Positions 18,581 through 26,675 of a stretch of DNA of 64,000 nt are shown one piece after another. Numbering within the stretch: the first letter of the stretch is position 1; every line of letters begins with the position of its first letter. The translations under genes were made by a program, and so were the position numbers. Location of the stretch: sequence record MH383160.1; one strand, 5' to 3'. The notes below the pieces were generated by a model. It did no database searches. It was not told where the DNA came from and saw only the letters and a list, made by a program, of their open reading frames with translations.

Positions 18581-18609
18581 ATTATAGCACAAACTTTAAA
18601 GTTGTCTCA
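18581..18609 (-). promoter_or_regulatory. Putative middle-class promoter TGAGACA-N16-TATAAT with extended -10 (TGC)
   Basis: Plus strand shows ATTATA at 18581-18586 and TGTCTCA at 18603-18609; points into the ORF-free structured region. Confidence 0.7.
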
Positions 18610-18662
18610 CTATTTTTATAAAAATATTCATTAAGTACTTAAAATATTGCAAATAACTAATC

Positions 18663-18670
18663 TATAAATA
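18663..18670 (+). promoter_or_regulatory. Late promoter TATAAATA (endonuclease VII gene)
   Basis: Exact match 30 bp upstream of ATG 18701. Confidence 0.75.
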
Positions 18671-18700
18671 TTTTGATAACAAATAGTTTGGTGAGGAATT

Positions 18701-19192
18701 ATGAAAAAAAGATTAAAAGATAGTAAGGATGCTGCAAACTATCGAAACGAATTGCTAAAGAAACAAAATGGAATAGATCCTATAATTAAAGAACCAATAA
18801 CTAAACCAGTACTGGATCACTACCACTATGGTAACCAACATTGTAGACAAGTTCTTCAAAATGAAGTCAATGCTTGGGAAGGAAAGGTACAAAACAGCTT
18901 CAATCGATATATGAAGCACTTAACTGATAAACCATTATATGAGGTACTCAGAAATCTTGCTGATTACTTAGAGCGTAATAACAGCATTCCTGACGATGAA
19001 CAAGTTATACATCACACTGCACTAACTGTGGATGTTAATAAGTTTAAAAGGCTTCCAGCAACACAGCAAACCGCGATTCTGGAAGGGTTAGGAGTTGTCC
19101 CTGGTAGTAACACTACTGCTCGTGTAAAGCAAGCTAGAAAGCTGATTAAGGACGGTAAATTAAATATGGTTGATATAAAAAAAGGGAGCTAA
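18701..19192 (+). CDS. Recombination/packaging endonuclease VII (T4 gp49-like)
   Basis: QNG...LDH.H...R.VL...N..EGK...FNR matches the T4 Endo VII layout, with catalytic D, H, N and E positions present. Confidence 0.8.
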   Translation: MKKRLKDSKDAANYRNELLKKQNGIDPIIKEPITKPVLDHYHYGNQHCRQVLQNEVNAWEGKVQNSFNRYMKHLTDKPLYEVLRNLADYLERNNSIPDDEQVIHHTALTVDVNKFKRLPATQQTAILEGLGVVPGSNTTARVKQARKLIKDGKLNMVDIKKGS

Positions 19193-19203
19193 GGCTCCCT
19201 TTA
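19177..19203. terminator. Bidirectional terminator between the converging endoVII and gp46 genes
   Basis: A run, GGGAGC-TAAG-GCTCCC, T run. Confidence 0.75.
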
Positions 19204-19210
19204 TCTTTAA

Positions 19211-21358
19211 TTAGAAAACATCGTCAAGGGTTGCATATTCAACAGTACTGAAACCGTCCTCTTTAACAACTTTGAGGATTTTTTCAGTCTTAGATAGTAA
19301 CTCTTCTCTGTGGGAAATAGCATAAACGTTCTTACCACGTACAGCAGCCATATCTTGGAAGATAGACCACACACGTAGAACACCACTTGAGTCAAGACCT
19401 TGGTCAATCATCTCATCAATAATAAGAATATTAATACTTTGGTATAATGACTCATATGTATCACGGAAAGCACAAGATAATGCGATGTTTACCCTTGTAC
19501 GCTCACCTCTACTAAGCTGTTTATAGTCAAAGTACTGTCCACTCTTCTCAATTTCAACACTCAAATCATTCAAAAACACAACATTATGCTCAGAACCGCA
19601 CATATCGATATAGTACTGAAGTCGTGTATTCAAATATGAGATATTTTGCTCAATAATACGTTTACGGACATAAGAATCCTTGTTTAAAAGTAATTTAACC
19701 AAGAAATCTTGGTGATTTGACATTTTATCAAGATTATTATAGTCGCTATAATCGATTGGTACTAAAGAATCAGTCTTCAGGGTATTAATTTGGCTAATAA
19801 ATGTGTTAGTAGTCTTCAATTCACGATCTAATTGCTGTGATAATGAATTTACAGTCATTTCTAACTCTTTAACTTCATATTTGTTTAATGTATCTGGAAC
19901 TTCCATTAGTTCATATGAGTTAAGTTCATCATATGATGACATAAGTTCATTTGCATAGATGTTTATTTGTTCTTCTTCACTCTTTCTGACCAATTCTTGA
20001 AGCTTATGTTCATGCATTTGTGCTTCTGAAAGTGTATTATAATATGTCACAGGCTTAGGTGGCATATCAAAAATCTCAATACTATCAATTTCTTGAAGTA
20101 ATGTTTCAATTTCAGAAGAAGAACTATCAATTTTAGCTTGAAGATCATTAATAGAACTTTGGATTTTGTCTTTAATTGAAGAAGTATGTTCGTTATGTTC
20201 TAATTCAGACATACAAAGTGGACATTTGCTGTTTTCAACTGTTGATAATTTGTCAATTTCAGCATTAATTGAACATTCATATCCTTTTAAAGCTATTTTT
20301 AGTGAGTTTAGTTTTTGTTCTTTGAAACGTTTTTGGTTATTATTCTCTTTTAGAATACCCTCTAACTGTTTCCATATCTCCAACTCATTATGATTTTCCA
20401 ATTCTGCACTAATATCAATAGTTTTTAGCTTATCAATGCTTAGATTTAATGCTCTTTTAGATCTTTCAAGTTCACGGTCATATGCATCAAATTTTAAAGC
20501 CAACTCTTGTACACGGCGTTCGATTTCCCCACGCTTTGCGTTATGAATAAGAGCTTTCTCTTTTATATCAGCAGCTTCATAGAGGTCATTAAAGTCTAAA
20601 GTTTTATATATATTCAACTCTTCATTTAACTTAGATACTCTATTATTTTTATCAATTTCAAACTGGTTTGCCTGTTCTTGTAGTGTCTCAATACTTTTTT
20701 GAATACGTTCATTACTTGCAGCTACAGTTTCATTTTTGAACTTTTCTTGTTCGGCTAAACGTTTAGTATCCTTATACATCTCCTTTAGCATTTCAGCTTT
20801 TTCCGTCAACTGTGTTATTCCAAGAAGTTCTTCTATCATATCACGTTGTTTTTGTGTGGATAAAGCTAAGAAAGGTTCAACGTTAGCATTCAGTACTACA
20901 ATATGTTCAAATAATAATTGAGATATTCCAAGAATTTCATTCAAATCTTCTTGTGTGTCTTTCTTTTCCCCTCTTGATTCATCTTCAATTTTATTATCTT
21001 TCCCTAAAGTGATAAAATTGAAATACGTGGGACTTCTCCCACGTTCAACAAGATATTGTACACCATCTTTTTCAAATTCTACAACTACTTCACAATTTTT
21101 ACCATTAGTTTTATTGACTAAGTTAGGAATTTTAATATCATTACCAATACTTTTCCCAAATAATCCAAAAACTAATCCTTGAATAATAGCACTTTTCCCG
21201 ACACCATTTCGACGTCCGGTGCTGTCACCACCTTCAATAACTGCATCATTATTTTGACCCAGTACTAATGAAATGTCAGAACCATTCAATTCAATTGATT
21301 GTGGTGCATTACCAAATGAAAAGAAGTTCCTCATAGATATACGTGTAATGTTTAGCAT
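19211..21358 (-). CDS. Recombination exonuclease ATPase subunit (T4 gp46 / SbcC / Rad50-like)
   Basis: Walker A NGVGKS, CPLC zinc hook, signature LSRGE, Walker B IIDEMID, H-loop ISH. Confidence 0.93.
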   Translation of the reverse strand: MLNITRISMRNFFSFGNAPQSIELNGSDISLVLGQNNDAVIEGGDSTGRRNGVGKSAIIQGLVFGLFGKSIGNDIKIPNLVNKTNGKNCEVVVEFEKDGVQYLVERGRSPTYFNFITLGKDNKIEDESRGEKKDTQEDLNEILGISQLLFEHIVVLNANVEPFLALSTQKQRDMIEELLGITQLTEKAEMLKEMYKDTKRLAEQEKFKNETVAASNERIQKSIETLQEQANQFEIDKNNRVSKLNEELNIYKTLDFNDLYEAADIKEKALIHNAKRGEIERRVQELALKFDAYDRELERSKRALNLSIDKLKTIDISAELENHNELEIWKQLEGILKENNNQKRFKEQKLNSLKIALKGYECSINAEIDKLSTVENSKCPLCMSELEHNEHTSSIKDKIQSSINDLQAKIDSSSSEIETLLQEIDSIEIFDMPPKPVTYYNTLSEAQMHEHKLQELVRKSEEEQINIYANELMSSYDELNSYELMEVPDTLNKYEVKELEMTVNSLSQQLDRELKTTNTFISQINTLKTDSLVPIDYSDYNNLDKMSNHQDFLVKLLLNKDSYVRKRIIEQNISYLNTRLQYYIDMCGSEHNVVFLNDLSVEIEKSGQYFDYKQLSRGERTRVNIALSCAFRDTYESLYQSINILIIDEMIDQGLDSSGVLRVWSIFQDMAAVRGKNVYAISHREELLSKTEKILKVVKEDGFSTVEYATLDDVF

Positions 21359-21366
21359 ATAGTCCC

Positions 21367-22398
21367 TTATAACGATCTGTAAATTTGGATTAGAAGATTT
21401 TTATCAAACATTGGTGAGTCAATTTCCATAATTTGCTGCAACACAATCTCATCAACTGATTCAGTACTTTCAAAACTAACACCATCTTCAATTAATTCTG
21501 CAATACTTTGCTTGCTCGTTACAACATTAAACTCTCTAATGTTATAAAGTTTAGTAAATGTATCACGAATAAAACTAATCTCATCTGTTGTTATTGATAT
21601 ATCAACTTGAACTTTTGATATTGTATTATCTTGAAGATAATAACCAGGATCAGTTAACAATTCTGAAAGTGTAAATGTTCTATATTTTGGTGCATGTTCC
21701 CATGATTTGAAAATAGGTTCTTTACCATGTTCAAGGATCATTACACCTCTTGCATCATCCCATGTATCAGAAAAATTATGTGGGAAACAATTACCAGTAT
21801 AAACTACGCGAGTTCCTTTGGATGTTGTTTTTGATTGTCTTTTATGAAAGTGCCCACTAAAAACATACTCACAACCACCAAAAGAACCTTCTGTTTCTTT
21901 TCCATGATCTGGCATTTCTACCATCTTATTAAGCAAGTACCCTGGTAATTCTAAGTGTCCAAAAACATACTTACTTTTTAGTTGAGGTAATAGTTTATAT
22001 TCATCTTCAATCATAAATGGAATGAAAGTACAATCATCAAATGTTGTGATTTCATTAATGAACTCTATATTTTCATAGACTTGAGCCATATTGATACTTG
22101 TTATATCACGTTTGTTTTTGTGATACATATCATGGTTACCAACAAGAAAATATACTTTTTCGAAATTATCATTTAGAAGTTGAAGAATTTGTAAACCATA
22201 GTTTAGTGTTTGAATGTTGATATTACTTCTATTATGAAAATAATCTCCCATAAAAACACAAACTTTGATATTATTCTTTTTTGCCTCATCGATCATAAAT
22301 TTAATGAAGTTTAAACAGTCTTCATTGTGTTGCTTACTGTTATTCTTTAAACCTAAATGAATATCAGTGAATGTAATTGCTTTATCAAACAGAGCCAT
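21367..22398 (-). CDS. Recombination exonuclease nuclease subunit (T4 gp47 / SbcD / Mre11-like)
   Basis: Metallophosphoesterase motifs TDIHLG, MGDYFH, VGNHD, GHLE and SGHFH; likely start MALFDK. Confidence 0.93.
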   Translation of the reverse strand: MALFDKAITFTDIHLGLKNNSKQHNEDCLNFIKFMIDEAKKNNIKVCVFMGDYFHNRSNINIQTLNYGLQILQLLNDNFEKVYFLVGNHDMYHKNKRDITSINMAQVYENIEFINEITTFDDCTFIPFMIEDEYKLLPQLKSKYVFGHLELPGYLLNKMVEMPDHGKETEGSFGGCEYVFSGHFHKRQSKTTSKGTRVVYTGNCFPHNFSDTWDDARGVMILEHGKEPIFKSWEHAPKYRTFTLSELLTDPGYYLQDNTISKVQVDISITTDEISFIRDTFTKLYNIREFNVVTSKQSIAELIEDGVSFESTESVDEIVLQQIMEIDSPMFDKNLLIQIYRSL

Positions 22399-23224
22399 CT
22401 TCGTTTTTCCTTTCAATCATGTTCAATTCAATTTCAATTTGACGTGTATGTGATGGTGTAAAGCCATGCATTTCAAGTAAATCATCACGTATATTTCGAA
22501 CATTTTTCTCACTATTCAAAATAGAACGAAAACTATTGTTGACAAATGATGTATAGTAAGAGAAAGGATTTAACTGTACTGCTGGTTTATCTTTTTTATA
22601 AAGAATACTCTCTTTAAAGAGAAGTGCATTTTTAACTAATTGTATTCTTGCATCACCCATCATTTCATCTAAGTATGTATAGTTTCGATAATTAGATTTA
22701 TGTGAGATTTCCTCTGCAAGTTTAATGAACATCTTCCCAAGTTCATTTGTAATTTTACCGTGAACAGTACTGAATTCGCCAGTTTCAAGGTCGCCTTTCC
22801 AGTGAGAACGGCAAACTTCATAGAGAATACCTTCATTATCCACAATATAATGCTTGAATGGTTCAAAATTCACTCTAGTATCTGGTGGAATATGTTCATC
22901 AGTAATAACACGAATAACAACTTCATCAATTGGAACGTCAGTGATAACTAAATTGTGTTCATCTGCATATTCTTTAGCTTTTTTAGCACTCATATTTTCC
23001 TTTTCACGAATACTATCAAGCATTTCATTGTTTAGTCGTTTAATTCGTGCTGCCTTAGCTTTTTCTAGTAACTCAGCAGTAATTTCTGACTCATGAAAAA
23101 CAATATAATCATACATACTATATGATTTGTCTAATAACCAGCAATATGAAATTTTACTTTTTTGTATTTCACGAAGTAAATCAGCATTATTGAGATACTT
23201 TTTACGCTTTGGTCTATTTGTCAT
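22385..23224 (-). CDS. Late transcription sigma factor (T4 gp55-like)
   Basis: YLNNADLLREI, LGKMFIKLAE, NYRNYTYLDEMMGD and NPFSYYTSFVNNSF; TATAAATA late promoters occur throughout the window. Confidence 0.88.
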   Translation of the reverse strand: MTNRPKRKKYLNNADLLREIQKSKISYCWLLDKSYSMYDYIVFHESEITAELLEKAKAARIKRLNNEMLDSIREKENMSAKKAKEYADEHNLVITDVPIDEVVIRVITDEHIPPDTRVNFEPFKHYIVDNEGILYEVCRSHWKGDLETGEFSTVHGKITNELGKMFIKLAEEISHKSNYRNYTYLDEMMGDARIQLVKNALLFKESILYKKDKPAVQLNPFSYYTSFVNNSFRSILNSEKNVRNIRDDLLEMHGFTPSHTRQIEIELNMIERKNEDGSV

Positions 23225-23281
23225 TGTATTTTACTCTCCATGTTTAAATCCAATAGGTACAATCCTTGTACCATCAATGTT

Positions 23282-23310
23282 ATTATAGCACCAAAAAGCA
23301 GTTTGTCCCA
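23282..23310 (-). promoter_or_regulatory. Putative middle-class promoter TGGGACA-N16-TATAAT (gp55-47-46 operon)
   Basis: Plus strand shows ATTATA at 23282-23287 and TGTCCCA at 23304-23310; back-to-back with a late promoter at 23313-23320. Confidence 0.7.
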
Positions 23311-23312
23311 CG

Positions 23313-23320
23313 TATAAATA
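23313..23320 (+). promoter_or_regulatory. Late promoter TATAAATA (baseplate operon)
   Basis: Exact match upstream of ATG 23356. Confidence 0.8.
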
Positions 23321-23355
23321 CATCAAATGTTCCCTTATTATGGAGAATCAAAAAG

Positions 23356-24087
23356 ATGATTGATCGTAGAATTCGATTACGACCTAAAGCCGCAGGTGCT
23401 AACTATGTATATGGTGATTTCGGAGATAGCTCCGAACCAACTCTACTTTCGTTTCTGCGTCCAACTAATGGGTTGGTTTGGACTGTAACGCCAACAATTA
23501 CTGAACAAAGGTCAATTCAGTATGAAACACAGTCCCCTATACATACCAACAGTAACTATAACAACTATAAGAACACTACTAATACTGTTTTCACAATTCA
23601 GGGCGAATTTTATGCCAACACAGCAGCAGAAGCTATGTATGCATTGGCATGTGTTCATTTTATACGTTCAGTTTCATTGATGGATTTTGGTAGACAAGCT
23701 GCTTCGGCTAATAATCCCGAACTAGCAATTGCAGGTGCACCACCACCCATCTTACTACTAAGTGGATATGGTCGATATACATATAATGATATTCCTGTTA
23801 TTTTAAAATCTTATAATTTTACATATCCAAATGATGTTTCTTATATTCAAGTTCCTTTGAATAGTAGTGACAGTACTTTTAATTTATCCGACATGGATAG
23901 TAGAAAATTCTTCGAACAACTTAGAAGTACTGGATATATGAACCCACAAGATGAAGTTTGGGTTCCACAAAAAATCTCAGTTATGTTACAACTTGAAGAA
24001 CAACCAACATCGGATTATATGACTAAAACGTTCAACCTCAATGCATTCAAACGCGGTGAACTATTACGTAAAGGAGGATTCATTTAA
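23356..24087 (+). CDS. Baseplate/tail-tube initiator-like protein (gp48/gp54-like)
   Basis: The likely start is MIDRRIRL at 23356 (GGAG RBS). PPPILLLSGYG...IPVILKSYNFTYP pattern is seen in tube-fold baseplate proteins; precedes the gp53-like gene. Confidence 0.5.
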   Translation: MIDRRIRLRPKAAGANYVYGDFGDSSEPTLLSFLRPTNGLVWTVTPTITEQRSIQYETQSPIHTNSNYNNYKNTTNTVFTIQGEFYANTAAEAMYALACVHFIRSVSLMDFGRQAASANNPELAIAGAPPPILLLSGYGRYTYNDIPVILKSYNFTYPNDVSYIQVPLNSSDSTFNLSDMDSRKFFEQLRSTGYMNPQDEVWVPQKISVMLQLEEQPTSDYMTKTFNLNAFKRGELLRKGGFI

Positions 24088-24401
24088 TGTCCAACTATAG
24101 TCAATACTCACCTTATGCTAAGGTGAAACAAACATGGTATCTTGGGTATAATTTACCACGTGATATTGTTCCGGCTGATACTGATGATTTTTATGAAATT
24201 CCATTGAAATATGAATATCAACCTTGGCGTTTAGCATACGAAATGTATGGCAATGAACGCTTATATTATATCTTTGCATTGTTAAATCCAGATATACTAG
24301 GAGAAGATCCTATATATAATTTCAAAAGTGGAGTAACAATTAGAATACCAGCAAATCAAAGAGTACAAAACTATCTTAATGGTACTCGAAACATAGGCTA
24401 A
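24087..24401 (+). CDS. Baseplate wedge protein, LysM-like (gp53-like)
   Basis: YEYQPWRLAYEMYGNERLYYIFALLNP...GVTIRIP. Confidence 0.75.
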   Translation: MSNYSQYSPYAKVKQTWYLGYNLPRDIVPADTDDFYEIPLKYEYQPWRLAYEMYGNERLYYIFALLNPDILGEDPIYNFKSGVTIRIPANQRVQNYLNGTRNIG

Positions 24402-24412
24402 TGGAGTAACGT

Positions 24413-26662
24413 ATGGCAGATTTACGAAGTACAGTTGATAATTTTCAAAATGATATTACAAGTATTACTGGTAAGGCTAAAACCACTGCATCTAATGCAC
24501 TTGATAGTTTGAAAGCTACAGCGAATACATTACAAAATGATGTAAAAACTATTACAAAAAATAATTATAAAGCAAATGTAAGTAATGTTGTAACATTACC
24601 AAAACAAAGTGCTAGTGTTGATCAGGTTTATGAAGATCTAGATTTAAGTCAATTTGTAATACCGTATGACAATAAATTATTGAAATATGATAACCCAACA
24701 TGGCACTTTTGTTTATTTGCTTTAGATAAAGATGATTTTAAAAACTTTTGGCTTTATCCTGATGCTGAAGTGCAACGTCACGTAATATCAGAAAGTGGTG
24801 TTACAGGCAAATATAATATCACTAGTGTTCAAATGACGCAAGCAGGTCCATCAACACCAGGAATGACAACTAACTATTGTTTTAATACAGCAGTACTTAA
24901 TATGTCTGAAAATAATAGTATGAGTCTATATGATGAATTAATATCTTTAAGTAACAAGCTTAGATATCATAAATTCATGGACTTACCTTTGATTTTGGAA
25001 TTAAAGTTTATTGGTTTTAATAAAAATGGGATACCTGAAATTATCCCTGAAACAACTAGACGATGGTCGGTTAAAATTAATAGTGTTACTGCAAGTGCAT
25101 CACAAAGTGGTAGTACTATGATGTATACTATGAACTTAGTTCATAATAGAGCAGCTTTAGTTGATAACATTGAATGGACATTAAAAGAACCATTCAATTG
25201 TACTGCTGAAAACTTTGGGGACTTCTGCTTTGATTTAGAAGATAAATTGAATCAGATGGCTGATCAACAATATGGTTATCTTAGATATAAATTTGGTGAA
25301 TTATCCGAAGGTAAATTTTTCGAATTTAAAGTAGCACCTGATTTGCAAGATTTGTTTATAAACTATGATTCTAAACAAATGGCAGAGGCCGGAACAACTA
25401 AAAGTGGTGCACAAGGTTCTAAAAACTTTTCATGGAACCCAAGTACTCCTATATCTCGAATTATTGATGACGTTATTGATACATGTACTGTACAAGCCGA
25501 TGATAGTACTAGTGTGCGTCAATTTGTAAACATTATACCAGTTAAACAATACGTTGGTTTTGATAATTATCGTAATACTTCTGTTTATAAAGTAATTTTT
25601 TATATTGTTAGATTTAAAATAGGTGATATTGTTCATGAATCGGATTTACAACCTGAAAATTTCACATTTGAGTACTTTTTTGAGAACGCAGAAAAATACG
25701 TAGATCCTAATGATCAAAAACCAAAAATAAACATGAAAACTTATAATTATCAATTTAGTGGGCTTAATAGTGAGATAATTGATTTGGATTTGAAATTTGA
25801 TCAGCAATTTTTCGTAGCCACTACACGTAACCCTGGTCCGATACAAGATGTAGCGAACCATGCAGGTACACATACATCCCAAGAACTCAATATTCAAGGT
25901 GTACAATATAATAGTATACCAGACGCATGGGCAAAAACAAGTGATTTACGTGTAACTCGTGATTTAGGAGGGATGTTAACACAAGCCCAACAACAATTGT
26001 TAACTGAAGTTGAAACTTTAGCAAAAAATCAAATGCAGGTTGGTAACGCAGAAGAACAAGACCGTTATAATAACTATCAAGTCAATGTTTTACCTCAATA
26101 TATTGAAGATTATGTAACCACTTATGAAGAAAACGATGGCGGTACTGATGGTGTTGGTCACCGTTATGGTGAAGTGTTCACAATGCCAACCGAAGCAACT
26201 AACAATGAAACAACTTTATCCGCTTCGTTAAACGATAACAGCAGCACATATGAAATGGATAGACGTAAAATACGTGACAACTATTACAATAGACCTTTTT
26301 TGTGTAAACTCGATATGCGTGTAGTAGGCGACCCGTACTGGTTAGGGTGGAGTGATTACTCTTACTTACAATATCTAGAACAAGTAATTAATGGTGAAGA
26401 TATGGAAATTAACCCAGATGATTATCATGTAGCAAATTATATAACATCTGAAGCGTATCTATTACTAAAATTACAACCAGTAATATCAATAAATGATAAC
26501 ACTGGTGTTTTGGATATTAATACACCAACCACATTTAACCAAACAATTTATCGTGTTAATAAAATTGTTCATGATTTTGGTGCAGGTGGTTCTTTTACAC
26601 AACAAATTCAAGCTGCAATTGTAATTCGTGCACTCAAACGTCACGATAGTATAGTTGATTAA
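24413..26662 (+). CDS. Baseplate hub protein (gp27/gp44-like)
   Basis: Located between the gp53-like and gp5-like genes; C-terminal DMRVVGDPYWL...YRVNKIVHDF...FTQQI is typical of hub folds. Confidence 0.55.
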   Translation: MADLRSTVDNFQNDITSITGKAKTTASNALDSLKATANTLQNDVKTITKNNYKANVSNVVTLPKQSASVDQVYEDLDLSQFVIPYDNKLLKYDNPTWHFCLFALDKDDFKNFWLYPDAEVQRHVISESGVTGKYNITSVQMTQAGPSTPGMTTNYCFNTAVLNMSENNSMSLYDELISLSNKLRYHKFMDLPLILELKFIGFNKNGIPEIIPETTRRWSVKINSVTASASQSGSTMMYTMNLVHNRAALVDNIEWTLKEPFNCTAENFGDFCFDLEDKLNQMADQQYGYLRYKFGELSEGKFFEFKVAPDLQDLFINYDSKQMAEAGTTKSGAQGSKNFSWNPSTPISRIIDDVIDTCTVQADDSTSVRQFVNIIPVKQYVGFDNYRNTSVYKVIFYIVRFKIGDIVHESDLQPENFTFEYFFENAEKYVDPNDQKPKINMKTYNYQFSGLNSEIIDLDLKFDQQFFVATTRNPGPIQDVANHAGTHTSQELNIQGVQYNSIPDAWAKTSDLRVTRDLGGMLTQAQQQLLTEVETLAKNQMQVGNAEEQDRYNNYQVNVLPQYIEDYVTTYEENDGGTDGVGHRYGEVFTMPTEATNNETTLSASLNDNSSTYEMDRRKIRDNYYNRPFLCKLDMRVVGDPYWLGWSDYSYLQYLEQVINGEDMEINPDDYHVANYITSEAYLLLKLQPVISINDNTGVLDINTPTTFNQTIYRVNKIVHDFGAGGSFTQQIQAAIVIRALKRHDSIVD

Positions 26663-26675
26663 GGAATAAAATATT

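Noticed and set aside
17863-18700. Possible tRNA, tmRNA, RNase P RNA, group I intron or CRISPR array in the intergenic gap
   Set aside because: No cloverleaf or CCA end, no tmRNA termini, no RNase P or intron core motifs that I could recognise, and no repeat-spacer periodicity. The region is kept as an unknown ncRNA candidate.
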